A DNA stretch of 37,522 nt from NCBI GenBank assembly GCA_004144935.1, contig SDZP01000001.1:1-37522 (forward strand), written 5' to 3'. The notes beneath the pieces were generated by a model. That model was not told where the DNA came from, made no database searches, and saw only the letters and a list, made by a program, of their open reading frames with translations. This DNA comes from Caulobacteraceae bacterium. GTDB lineage: Bacteria; Pseudomonadota; Alphaproteobacteria; Caulobacterales; Caulobacteraceae. Position 1 is the first letter of the stretch, and each line of letters starts with the position of its first letter. The position numbers and the translations under genes were made by a program. Below are positions 1 through 9,465 of the stretch, piece after piece.

Positions 1-1239
1 CTGCGCCACACCGAGACGTCCGGCTGGGGCTGGACCCCGCTCAGCGACGACTACGACAGCTACCAGCTGGGCAGCGGCAATGGCGGCGTCACCGAACTGA
101 CCGAGGACACCCAGGCGGCCTACGCCTACGCCCGCTTCGGCGGCGACAACCTGTTCGGCAAGGCCTACGACGGCAACATCGGGGTGCGCGTGGTGCGCAC
201 CAAGGTCGACACCGACTCGGTGGTCACCCTGCCGTCCATCTCGGGCGCCTGTCCGTTGCTGGCCGACTGCACCGGCTACAACCGCGCGGTGGCCTTCGTG
301 AACGGCGGGCCGCTGACCGGCGAGTCGATCAGCAAGGAATACACCAACGTCCTGCCCAGCTTGAACCTGCGGGTCTTCCTGCGGGATGACCTGCAGATGC
401 GCTTCGCGGTCTCGCAGGCCATGGTCCGGCCGGAGATGTACCAGCTGCAGCCGTTCACCAACCTGTCGATCAACTTCGAGGCGGACGGCTATACCCTGGA
501 CGATCAGGCGCCCTTCACCGGCACCGCCGGCAACCCGGGGCTGGAGCCGACCAAGGCCAACAACTACGACATCAGCCTGGAATGGTACTTCGCCCCCGGC
601 GGCAGCCTGACCTTCGCCGCCTTCCACAAGGACATCACCGACTACATCTTCAGCGGTTCGGACACGGTGGCCTACACCAACGGCGGCCAGACCTTCGATT
701 TCGCCCTGACCCGCTACCAGAACGGCGACGAGGGCACGGTCGACGGCTTCGAGCTGGCCTACCAGCAGTTCTACGACTTCCTGCCCGGCGCCCTCGGCGG
801 GCTGGGGCTGCAGGCCAACTTCACCTTCATCGAGAGCGACGGCGGGCGGAACACCAGCCAGAACATCCTCGACCCGCTGCAGAACTCGGCCTCCGGCGAG
901 TCCCTGCCGCTCGAGGGGATGTCGCGGACCAGCTACAACGTGGCCCTGATGTACGAGAAGTACGGCATCTCGGCCCGGCTGGCCTACAACTGGCGGGAGG
1001 AATACTTGCTGACCACCTCGGCGGCCAACGTCAACGCCCCGGTCTGGGCCAGCGACTATGGCCAGCTCGACGGGTCGGTCTTCTACACCATCAACCCGAA
1101 GGTGAAGATCGGCCTGCAGGGCACCAACCTGCTCAACGAACGCACCACCCTGCTGGTCGGCAACGAGAGCCGCAAACCGCCCTACAACTGGGTCGACACC
1201 GATCGGCGGGTCGCCCTGGTGCTGCGCGCCCAGTTCTGA
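1..1239 (+). CDS. TonB-dependent receptor, C-terminal part (5' truncated by window edge); probable oligosaccharide importer
   Basis: Frame 1 is open from base 1 ([11 protein letters not shown]...). TBDR barrel motifs [35 protein letters not shown]; C-terminal Phe (LRAQF). Heads a glycosidase cluster. Confidence 0.93.
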   Translation: MRHTETSGWGWTPLSDDYDSYQLGSGNGGVTELTEDTQAAYAYARFGGDNLFGKAYDGNIGVRVVRTKVDTDSVVTLPSISGACPLLADCTGYNRAVAFVNGGPLTGESISKEYTNVLPSLNLRVFLRDDLQMRFAVSQAMVRPEMYQLQPFTNLSINFEADGYTLDDQAPFTGTAGNPGLEPTKANNYDISLEWYFAPGGSLTFAAFHKDITDYIFSGSDTVAYTNGGQTFDFALTRYQNGDEGTVDGFELAYQQFYDFLPGALGGLGLQANFTFIESDGGRNTSQNILDPLQNSASGESLPLEGMSRTSYNVALMYEKYGISARLAYNWREEYLLTTSAANVNAPVWASDYGQLDGSVFYTINPKVKIGLQGTNLLNERTTLLVGNESRKPPYNWVDTDRRVALVLRAQF

Positions 1240-1252
1240 TCCTTGCGCAACT

Positions 1253-1279
1253 GGGGGCGTCCCTTTCAGGGGCGTCCCC
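1253..1279 (+). terminator. GC-rich stem-loop after the TBDR gene (weak terminator or mRNA-stabilising hairpin)
   Basis: GGGGGCGTCCCT-TTC-AGGGGCGTCCCC: 12-bp stem with two G-U pairs, followed only by GCCTCTTT. Confidence 0.55.
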
Positions 1280-1309
1280 GCCTCTTTGCAGTGTTTGAGG
1301 GGGAGCGTG

Positions 1310-2935
1310 ATGGCTCGCGGACTGATCTACGCCGGTATCCTGGCCCTGGCCCTGCTCGGGTTGCCGGCCCAGGCCCAGCAGCCGATCCCCAGGCTGGAGA
1401 GCCGGGGCGGCAACCACGCCCTGATCGTCGACGGCAGGCCGTTCGTCATCCTCGGCGCCCAGGTCAACAATTCGAGCAACTACCCAGCCCCCCTGGCCGA
1501 GGCCTGGCCGGCGATCGCCTATGTCGGCGCCAACACCGTGCAGATCCCCATCGCCTGGGAGCAGGTCGAGCCGGTGGAGGGGCAGTTCGATTTCAGCTTC
1601 GTCGACCACGCCATCGCCGAGGCGCGCAAGCACAGGGTTCGCCTTGTGCTGCTGTGGTTCGCCACCTGGAAAAACACCTCGCCGGCCTACGCCCCGGCCT
1701 GGGTCAAGCTGAACCCGCAGCGCTTCCCCCTGCTGGTCAAGGCCGACGGCCAGCCGTCCTACGCCCTGTCGCCCTACGGCGCCGACACCCGCGCCGCCGA
1801 CAAGCGCGCCTTCGCCGCCCTGATGGCCCATATCCGCAAGGTCGATGAGGCCGAGCGCACCGTCATCATGGTCCAGCCCGAGAACGAGACCGGCACCTAC
1901 GGCAGCGTGCGGGACTATTCGCCCGAAGCCGAGAAGGCCTTCAAGGCGCCGGTCCCCAAGGCGCTGCTGGCGCGGCTGAAGAAGTCGCCCGGAACCTGGA
2001 CCCAGGTGTTCGGCAAGGACGCCGAGGAATTCTTCCATGCCTGGTCGATCGCGTCCTACGTCGGCGAGGTGGCGGCGGTCGGCAAGGCGCAGTACCCGCT
2101 GCCGATGTACGTCAACGCCGCCCTGCGCGATCCGGTCGGCGAGCAGGCGCCGAGCAGCTATGCGGCCGGCGGACCGACCTGGAACGTGGTCGAGGTGTGG
2201 AAGGCGGCCGCCCCGGCCATCGACCTGCTGTCGCCCGACATCTACGAGCGCAAGTCGGCGATCTACGACGCCCACCTGGGCCGCTATGACCGGCCGGACA
2301 ACGCCCTCTTCGTCGCCGAGACCGGCAGCGACTGGCAGTATCCGCGCTACGCCTTCCAGACCCTTGGCCGCGGCGGCATCGGCTTCTCGGTCTTTGGCGT
2401 CGACTACACCGGCTATTCCAACTACCCGCTCGGGGCCAAGACGGTGGACGAAACCTCGCTGAAGCCGGTCCGCGAGGTCTACGCCACCCTCGTCGGCTGG
2501 CAGTCGGTGCTGGGCCAGGCGGCCCTCGACGGCAAGGTCTGGGGCGTCGCCGAGCCGGACGACCATGCCGTGCGCACGCTCGATCTGGGCGACTGGACGG
2601 CGGAAGTCGGCTTTGGCCGCTGGCAGTTCGGCCAGCCGGACTGGACGTGGCTTGGGCCCATGGACGCCGTGCCCGGCTCCGACAGGCCGCGCGGCGGCGC
2701 CATCGTCGCCCAGGTCGCGCCGAACGAATACTTGGTCACCGCCTACTGGGCCCGGGTCGAGTTCAAGGCCAGGCCGGGCGGCAAGCGCCGCATGGTCGTC
2801 CGCTACGAGGAGGGCCGTTTCGACGCCGAAGGCCGCTGGGTCTTCGAGCGCCTCTGGAACGGCGACCAGACCGACTACGGCCTCAACTTCACCGACCGCC
2901 CGCGCCTGCTGCGGGTGGTCACCGCGACCTACTGA
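1310..2935 (+). CDS. GH35 beta-galactosidase with signal peptide (GalD/Bgl35A-like)
   Basis: ATG 1310 after GAGGGGGAG; signal peptide [22 protein letters not shown]; motifs [40 protein letters not shown] (acid/base), LFVAETG (nucleophile), ERLWNGDQT. Confidence 0.88.
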   Translation: MARGLIYAGILALALLGLPAQAQQPIPRLESRGGNHALIVDGRPFVILGAQVNNSSNYPAPLAEAWPAIAYVGANTVQIPIAWEQVEPVEGQFDFSFVDHAIAEARKHRVRLVLLWFATWKNTSPAYAPAWVKLNPQRFPLLVKADGQPSYALSPYGADTRAADKRAFAALMAHIRKVDEAERTVIMVQPENETGTYGSVRDYSPEAEKAFKAPVPKALLARLKKSPGTWTQVFGKDAEEFFHAWSIASYVGEVAAVGKAQYPLPMYVNAALRDPVGEQAPSSYAAGGPTWNVVEVWKAAAPAIDLLSPDIYERKSAIYDAHLGRYDRPDNALFVAETGSDWQYPRYAFQTLGRGGIGFSVFGVDYTGYSNYPLGAKTVDETSLKPVREVYATLVGWQSVLGQAALDGKVWGVAEPDDHAVRTLDLGDWTAEVGFGRWQFGQPDWTWLGPMDAVPGSDRPRGGAIVAQVAPNEYLVTAYWARVEFKARPGGKRRMVVRYEEGRFDAEGRWVFERLWNGDQTDYGLNFTDRPRLLRVVTATY

Positions 2936-2960
2936 CCGATTTTCCAATCGTGAGTATGCC

Positions 2961-5879
2961 ATGACCCTGTTCCTCGCCCGCCGCCTGTTCGCCGCGGCCC
3001 TGCTGGCCACGCCGCTCACCGTCAGCGCCGCCATGGCGCCGGCGCCGGCCTTCGCCCAGGCCGCCTTCGAGCGCACCGCCAGCGGCATCGTGGTCACCCC
3101 GGCCGCCGGCCCCGCCCGCCGGCTGCGGCTGGAGGTCTATGGTCCGCGCATCATCCGGGTCACCGCCGTCGAGGACGCCAGCTTCGACCTGCCGCCCAGC
3201 CTGATGGTCACGGCCAGCCCGTCCGCCGACACCCCGTTCGAGGTCGAAACGAAGGGCGACAAGGTGGTGCTGAAGACCGCCCAGGCCGCCGTCGAGGTCA
3301 GCCAGGCCACCGGCGCCGTCCGCTTCCTGGACGCCAAGGGCCGCGAAGTCCTGGCCGAACGCGCCGGGTCGCGGGAAATCCGGCCGGTCACCGTCGAGGA
3401 CCAGAAGGGCGACCACCGCTTCCTGGCCACCCGCCAGGTCTGGGAGAGCCCCGCCGACGAGGCCTTCTACGGTCTCGGCCAGCACCAGCAGGGGGTGATG
3501 AACTACAAGGGCAAGGACGTCGAACTGGCGCAACACAACATCGACGTCGGCATTCCGTTCGTCGTCTCCAGCCGCAACTACGGCGTCCTCTGGGACAACA
3601 ATTCCATCACCCGCTTCGGCGATCCCCGGCCCTACGGCATGCTCGACGAGCGGCTGATGGTGCGTGACCTGACGGGGCGCTTCGGCGGCCTCTCGGCCAG
3701 CTACTTCCAGGACGACAAGCTGAAGGTCCAGCGCCAGGAAAGCCAGATCAACTACGAGTTCATCCGCGACCAGCAGCGCTGGCCGGAAGGCTTCAAGGCC
3801 CAGCCCGGCCAGCCGGTGCAGGTCGGCGACATGGGCAAGTCCGGCCAGGAGGGGGTGCGCGTCGTCTGGGAAGGCACCATCGAGACGGCCACGGCGGGCG
3901 AGCACAAGTTCCGGCTCTATTCTTCGAGCTACGCCAAGGTCTGGGTCGGCGGCAAGCTGGTCATCGACCGTTGGCGCCAGAACTGGAACCCCTGGAACCA
4001 CGACTTCCAGGTCGAGCTGCCGGCCGGCAAGCCGGTGCCGATCAAGGTCGAATGGATCCCCGCCGACGGCTACATCGCCCTGCGCCACCAAGACCCGCTG
4101 CCGGCCGCCGACCAGGGCGCCCTGTCCTTCGCCTCCGAGGTCGGCCGTTCGATCGACTACTACTATGTGGCGGGCGACAATCTCGACGAGGTCATCGCCG
4201 GCTACCGCGGCCTGACCGGCAAGTCGGTGATGCTGCCCCGCTGGGCCTACGGCTTCTGGCAGAGCCGCCAGCGCTACAACACCCAGGCCGAGGTGGTGGA
4301 TACGGTGAAGGAATACCGGCGCTTAGGGTTGCCGATCGACAACATCGTCCAGGACTGGTTCTACTGGCCGGAGAACGCCTGGGGATCGCACCAGTTCGAC
4401 AAGGCGCGCTTTCCCGACCCCGCCAAGATGGTCAAGGACGTCCACGACCTGGACGCCAACATCATCATCTCGGTCTGGCCGAAGTTCTACCCGACCACCG
4501 AGCACTACAAGCAGCTCGCGGCGATCGGCGGGATGTATACCCGCAACGTCGAGGCCGGGGCCCGCGACTGGGTCGGGCCGGGCTACGCCAACGGCTTCTA
4601 CGACCCCTACCTGCCCGCCGCCCGCGACCTCTACTGGAAGCAGATCGCCGACAGCTTCAAGGGCATGGGCTTCGACGGCTGGTGGCTGGATTCGGTCGAG
4701 CCGGACATGCACTCCAACCTCGACATCCCCGAGCGCACCCTGCGCATGGGCCCCACCGCGGCCGGCCCCGGGGCCCTGGTGTTCAACTCCTACCCCCTGG
4801 TCAACGCCGAGGGGGTGTACCAGCGCTTCCGGGCCCAGCAGCCCGACACCCGAACCTACATCCTGACCCGCTCGGCCTGGGGCGGCCTGCAGCGCACCGG
4901 CTCCACCCTGTGGTCCGGCGACGTGGTGGCGCGCTGGGACGACCTGCGCGAGCAGATCTCGGCCGGGGTGAACACCAACATGTCCGGCCTGACCAACTGG
5001 ACTCACGACATCGGCGGTTTCGCCGTCGAGGCCCGCTATTCGGCCAAGACCATGAAGCCGGAGGACCAGGCCGAGTGGGACGAGCTGAACCTGCGCTGGT
5101 TCCAGTTCGGGGCCTTCTCGCCGGTGTTCCGCTCGCACGGCGAGTTCCCGCTGCGCGAGGTCTACAACCAGGCCAGGCCGGGCACGCCGCTTTACGAGGC
5201 CTACGCGAGGTCGCTGCGCACCCGCTACCGACTGATGCCCTACATCTACACCCTGGCCGGCGACAGCTGGAGCCGCGACGGCACCATCATGCGCGGCCTG
5301 ATCATGGACTTCCCGGCGGACCGCAAGGTCCGCGACATCGCCGACCAGTACATGTTCGGCCCGGCCCTGATGGTCGCCCCGGTGCACAGCTACAAGGCCC
5401 GCAGCCGGCGAGTCTACTTCCCGGCCGGCGGCGACTGGTACGCCTTCGACACCGGCCAGAGGTTCAAGGGCGGGGCCGAGGCGAAGGTCGAGGCGCCGAT
5501 CAACCGCATACCCGTCTTCGTCCGGGCCGGCGCCATCCTGCCGACCGGCCCGGCCATCCAGCACACGGGTGAAAAGCTCGACGGGCCGCTTACCCTGCTG
5601 GTCTATCTTGGGGCGGACGGGACCTTCGACCTTTATGAGGATCAGGGGCTGTCCTACGGCTACGAGCGCGGCGAGTTCTCGCGCATCCCGATCCGCTGGG
5701 ATCAGAAGAAGGGCGTGCTGACCCTTGGCGCTCGCCAGGGCGCCTATCCCGGCATGGCCGCGCAACGGACCATCAATGTGCGCTGGATCAGCGGACCGGA
5801 CGCCAGGGCCGGCGACTTCGACGCCCCCGCCCAGAAGACCGTGCAGTACAGCGGCCAGGCCCTCGAGGTGCGCCGGTGA
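2961..5879 (+). CDS. GH31 alpha-xylosidase with PA14 insertion (Xyl31A-like)
   Basis: Start set at ATG 2961 (signal peptide MTLFLARRLFAAALLA...AFAQ). Motifs YGLGQHQ, LPRWAYGFWQSRQRY, WWLDSVEPD (nucleophile), WSGDV, THDIGGF, RWFQFGAF; PA14-like insert VVWEGTIET...FRLYSSSYAKVWVGGKLVIDRW. Confidence 0.92.
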   Translation: MTLFLARRLFAAALLATPLTVSAAMAPAPAFAQAAFERTASGIVVTPAAGPARRLRLEVYGPRIIRVTAVEDASFDLPPSLMVTASPSADTPFEVETKGDKVVLKTAQAAVEVSQATGAVRFLDAKGREVLAERAGSREIRPVTVEDQKGDHRFLATRQVWESPADEAFYGLGQHQQGVMNYKGKDVELAQHNIDVGIPFVVSSRNYGVLWDNNSITRFGDPRPYGMLDERLMVRDLTGRFGGLSASYFQDDKLKVQRQESQINYEFIRDQQRWPEGFKAQPGQPVQVGDMGKSGQEGVRVVWEGTIETATAGEHKFRLYSSSYAKVWVGGKLVIDRWRQNWNPWNHDFQVELPAGKPVPIKVEWIPADGYIALRHQDPLPAADQGALSFASEVGRSIDYYYVAGDNLDEVIAGYRGLTGKSVMLPRWAYGFWQSRQRYNTQAEVVDTVKEYRRLGLPIDNIVQDWFYWPENAWGSHQFDKARFPDPAKMVKDVHDLDANIIISVWPKFYPTTEHYKQLAAIGGMYTRNVEAGARDWVGPGYANGFYDPYLPAARDLYWKQIADSFKGMGFDGWWLDSVEPDMHSNLDIPERTLRMGPTAAGPGALVFNSYPLVNAEGVYQRFRAQQPDTRTYILTRSAWGGLQRTGSTLWSGDVVARWDDLREQISAGVNTNMSGLTNWTHDIGGFAVEARYSAKTMKPEDQAEWDELNLRWFQFGAFSPVFRSHGEFPLREVYNQARPGTPLYEAYARSLRTRYRLMPYIYTLAGDSWSRDGTIMRGLIMDFPADRKVRDIADQYMFGPALMVAPVHSYKARSRRVYFPAGGDWYAFDTGQRFKGGAEAKVEAPINRIPVFVRAGAILPTGPAIQHTGEKLDGPLTLLVYLGADGTFDLYEDQGLSYGYERGEFSRIPIRWDQKKGVLTLGARQGAYPGMAAQRTINVRWISGPDARAGDFDAPAQKTVQYSGQALEVRR

Positions 5880-7831
5880 AGGCGCTTCTCGCCGCGGCGC
5901 TGCTGGTGGCGACCGCCTGGACCGGGGCGGCCGGAGCCCAGGCGGCGCCGTTGCTGGATCCGATGTTCCAGGATCACGCCGTCCTGCAGCGCGGCCGGCC
6001 GATTCCAATTTGGGGTATGGCTGTCGCCGGCGCCGAGGTTTCGGTCAGTCTGGCGGGCGCGAGGATGCAGACCCGCGCCGGACCCGACGGGCGCTGGCGG
6101 GTCAACCTGCCCGCGCCCGCGCCCGGCGGTCCTTATCAGCTCGAGGCCCACAGCGAGGGTCAGGCCCAGCGCCTGATGGACGTCCTGGTCGGCGACGTCT
6201 GGCTCTGCTCGGGCCAGTCGAACATGGAGATGGCGGTCCGCCAAGTCGCCAACGCCGACAGCGAACTGGCCGGGGCAGGGGATGATGGCCTGCGCCTGTT
6301 GCTGGTCGGACGCTCCAGCCAGCCGGCCTTCCCCACCGGGGCAGGGCCGGTCGGCCGCTGGCAGGTCTCGGCGCCCGACAGCGCCCGCGAGTTCTCCGCC
6401 GCCTGCTTCTTCATGGGCAAGCGCCTGCGCCAGAGCCAGGCCGTCCCGGTCGGGCTGATCGCCACCTCCTGGGGCGGCTCGGTGATCGAGGACTGGATGA
6501 GCGAGGCAGCCCTGCGCCGCGACGGCCGCTACGACGTCCCGCTCACGGCCCTGGCCGCCTACGCCCGCTCGCCGGACGAGGGGCGGGCGCAATGGAACCA
6601 GGTGACCAGCGACTGGTGGGCGCGCAACGATCCGGGCTCGCGCGCCAGCCTGCCCTGGTTTTCGCCGAAGCTCGACGACCGCGACTGGCCGACGATTCCG
6701 CCCTCCGGCTTCTGGGAGGGGACCGTGCCGGAACTGGCCTCCTTCGACGGCGCGGTCTGGTTGCGCACCGGCGTGAACCTGACCGCCGCCCAGGCCCGTC
6801 AGGAGGCCACCCTGGAATTCGGCCCCGTCGACGACGTCGACCGCACCTACGTCAACGGCCGATGGGTCGGCGGCCATGAGGGCTGGAACACGCCACGCCT
6901 CTACCCCCTGCCGGCGGGGGTGCTGAAGGCCGGCCGCAATGTCATCGCCATCGGCGCCCTGGACACCGGCGGCGGCGGCGGCGCCTGGGGCCCCGCCGAC
7001 CAGAAGCGGCTGCGCTTCGCCGACGGGACCAGCGTGCCGTTGGACCAGCCCTGGCGCTACCGCGTCTCGGCCCCGCTCCAGGACCTCGCCAACATCCCCC
7101 GCACGCCCTGGATCGGCGGCAGCGGCGTCACCACCCTCTACAACGGCATGATCGCCCCGCTCGGCCCCTACGGCCTGGCCGGCGCGGCCTGGTACCAGGG
7201 CGAGGCCAACGTCGGCGATCCGCCCGGCTACGCCCGCCTCCTGAAGGCCCTGATCGACGACTGGCGCGGCCGGTTCGAGCGCCCGGACCTGCCCTTCCTG
7301 GTCGTCCAGCTGGCCGGCTTCGGCCCGCGCCAGAGCGACCCGGTCCGCTCGCTCTGGGCCGAGACCCGCGAGGCGCAGCGCCGCGTCGTGGCGGCCGATC
7401 CCCAGGCGGGTCTGGCCGTCGCCATCGACATCGGCGATCCCTACGACATCCACCCGACCAACAAGCAGGAGGTCGGCCGCCGCCTGGCCCTGGCCGCCGA
7501 GCGGGTCGCCTATGGCAAGGCCGCGCCCTCGTCGCCGGAACCTCTGCGGGCCTGGGTGGAGGCCGGCGCGGTGAGGGTGGACTACGCGGCCGCCGCCGGG
7601 CTGGCCGTCTATGGCTCGGACCGGGTGGTCGGGCTGCAGCTATGCGACGCCCAGGACGCCTGTCGCTGGACCGACGGCCGGCTTGAGGGGACGGCGCTGC
7701 GCCTGCCCTTCACCGGACCGTCCCCGAAGACCGTCCGCTACTGCTGGGGCGACAGCCCCGTCTGCAACCTGTTCGGCGCGGCCGGCCTGCCGGCGACACC
7801 GTTCGAGCTCGCGGTCAGTCTGGCGCATTAG
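5876..7831 (+). CDS. Sialate-O-acetylesterase-family carbohydrate esterase, probable CE20 xyloglucan acetylesterase
   Basis: GTG overlaps the GH31 stop (GTGA). Motifs FQDHAVLQRG, GDVWLCSGQSNM (catalytic Ser), SWGGS, WYQGEAN, DIHPTNKQEVGRRLA; central inserted beta domain (GPVDDVDRTYVNG). Substrate inferred from context. Confidence 0.85.
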   Translation: MKALLAAALLVATAWTGAAGAQAAPLLDPMFQDHAVLQRGRPIPIWGMAVAGAEVSVSLAGARMQTRAGPDGRWRVNLPAPAPGGPYQLEAHSEGQAQRLMDVLVGDVWLCSGQSNMEMAVRQVANADSELAGAGDDGLRLLLVGRSSQPAFPTGAGPVGRWQVSAPDSAREFSAACFFMGKRLRQSQAVPVGLIATSWGGSVIEDWMSEAALRRDGRYDVPLTALAAYARSPDEGRAQWNQVTSDWWARNDPGSRASLPWFSPKLDDRDWPTIPPSGFWEGTVPELASFDGAVWLRTGVNLTAAQARQEATLEFGPVDDVDRTYVNGRWVGGHEGWNTPRLYPLPAGVLKAGRNVIAIGALDTGGGGGAWGPADQKRLRFADGTSVPLDQPWRYRVSAPLQDLANIPRTPWIGGSGVTTLYNGMIAPLGPYGLAGAAWYQGEANVGDPPGYARLLKALIDDWRGRFERPDLPFLVVQLAGFGPRQSDPVRSLWAETREAQRRVVAADPQAGLAVAIDIGDPYDIHPTNKQEVGRRLALAAERVAYGKAAPSSPEPLRAWVEAGAVRVDYAAAAGLAVYGSDRVVGLQLCDAQDACRWTDGRLEGTALRLPFTGPSPKTVRYCWGDSPVCNLFGAAGLPATPFELAVSLAH

Positions 7832-7845
7832 TCGGGCGCCGGCCC

Positions 7846-9465
7846 TCAGGCGAGATGAGGGCCAAGCACCTTCAGGGCCGGCACGAAGGCGACGGGCCGG
7901 GTCTCCGGCAGGGTGACGGTGAGGGCCTCATCGGTCTGGATGAAGCTGACGGCCCCGGCCCCCAGCAGTCGCACCGCCTCCACCCGGCGGCCCTCCAGCG
8001 CCGTCAGCCCCAGCGACCGGATGCTCAGCCGGCCGTCCGCCGGCCAGTCCAGGGCGATGGCGTAGAGCGCCCCGCCTCGGGTGGTGAAGCGGATGTCCTG
8101 GGCTGTCCAGGGCCGGGCGCCGCCCTCGTTCTGCATGCCGGCCGCGACCTGCGTCGGGCCCTCGCCATAGCGGCGCCAGGGGCGGGAGGCGAAGATGGCC
8201 TCGCCATTGACGGCCACCCAGGCGGCCATGTCGCGAAGGATGGCCCGCTCGTCGGCGTCGATCGAGCCGTCGCCGCGCTGCGGAATGCTGAGCAGCAGGT
8301 TGCCGTTCTTGGCCACCACGTCGCACAATCGCTGGATCACCGCCGCCGCCGGGACGTAGGAATGGCCGGTGAACCGGCTGCGGTTGTAGTGCCAGTCGCC
8401 GATGCAGGTGTCGGTCTGCCAGGGCTCGGGCTTAAGGTCCTCGCTGAAGCCCCGCTCTACGGTCTCGACGATGCCGCGCCGCTGGTCCGGCCCCAGCTTC
8501 TTGCCGTTGACCACCGGCAGCTCGCCGCGCCAGGCCTGGCTGGCGTTGTAGTAGTAGGCGGTGGCCTCCAGCCCGTGGCGCTCCAGCGGCAGGCCGTAGT
8601 TGTCAAAATAGACCATGTCCGGCCGGTAGCGGTCGACCAGCGCCTTCTGCCGCCGCGCCCAGGAGGCCACGAAGGCCGGGTTTCGGGGCGGGACGGTCTC
8701 CAGCCACTGGCCGTCGCGGGCCTCATGCCAGGCGTTCATCGCGGCGATGGAGGTCAGGCTATCCGGCGGAACGAAACTAGGCCCGGTGTAGAGCTCCTGC
8801 GGATCCAGGCCTTCCCACCAGCGGCCCTTGCCGTCGGCTTTGGTGAGCCGATAAGCGTCGTAACGCTGGCCCGCCCTTGGCCCCTCGGCGTCGTAGCCGT
8901 AGGCCGTCTGCCACCAGTGCCAGGCGTGAGCCGCATGGTTGGAGACCCCGAAGCGCAGGCCTCGGGCCCGCACCGCCCTCTCCCAGGTTCCGACGATGTC
9001 GCGCTTCGGCCCGACCCTGAGGCTGTTCCAGGGATGCGGCGAGTCGAACATGTCGAGGTTGTCGTGATGGTTGGCCATCGACATCACGTAGCGGGCGCCC
9101 GCCGCCTGATAGAGGTCAAGCAGGTCCTCCGGGTCCCAGGCCGCGGCCTTCCAGAGGTTCATGATCTCCATGAAGCCGACCTGAGAGGGATGGCCGTAGG
9201 TCTTGAGGTGGTGCTCGTGGAAGGGGCTGCCCTGGACGTACATCAGCCGCCCGTACCAGTCGCCGAACTCGGGCACGCACTGCGGCCCCCAGTGCGACCA
9301 GATGCCGAGCTTGGCGTCGCGGAACCAGTCCGGCGTCCGGTAGCCGGCGATCAGCGAATCCCAGTTGGCCTCGAACGTCGCCGCGGGCCTGGCGGCCGTG
9401 GCGCAGCCCGTAACGGCGGGCAGGGCGGCGGCGGCCTGAAGCAGACGACGGCGGGAGAGGGTCAC
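7846..9465 (-). CDS. GH29 alpha-L-fucosidase, Tat-exported putative lipoprotein
   Basis: GTG 9465 overlaps the GH74 stop (GTGA); SRRRLL Tat motif and VTGC lipobox; PDWFRDAKLGIWSHWG, HHDNLDMF, GPKRDIVG, VYFD (nucleophile), PWQTDTCIGDWHY, KNGNLLLSIP. Confidence 0.9.
   Translation of the reverse strand: MTLSRRRLLQAAAALPAVTGCATAARPAATFEANWDSLIAGYRTPDWFRDAKLGIWSHWGPQCVPEFGDWYGRLMYVQGSPFHEHHLKTYGHPSQVGFMEIMNLWKAAAWDPEDLLDLYQAAGARYVMSMANHHDNLDMFDSPHPWNSLRVGPKRDIVGTWERAVRARGLRFGVSNHAAHAWHWWQTAYGYDAEGPRAGQRYDAYRLTKADGKGRWWEGLDPQELYTGPSFVPPDSLTSIAAMNAWHEARDGQWLETVPPRNPAFVASWARRQKALVDRYRPDMVYFDNYGLPLERHGLEATAYYYNASQAWRGELPVVNGKKLGPDQRRGIVETVERGFSEDLKPEPWQTDTCIGDWHYNRSRFTGHSYVPAAAVIQRLCDVVAKNGNLLLSIPQRGDGSIDADERAILRDMAAWVAVNGEAIFASRPWRRYGEGPTQVAAGMQNEGGARPWTAQDIRFTTRGGALYAIALDWPADGRLSIRSLGLTALEGRRVEAVRLLGAGAVSFIQTDEALTVTLPETRPVAFVPALKVLGPHLA

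Noticed and set aside
2565-2960. 132-aa N-terminal extension of the GH31 ORF (and similar extensions on GH3, GH29, ccoO, ompW, fixJ)
   Set aside because: They overlap upstream genes or promoters; downstream starts give signal peptides, RBSs or stop/start coupling.
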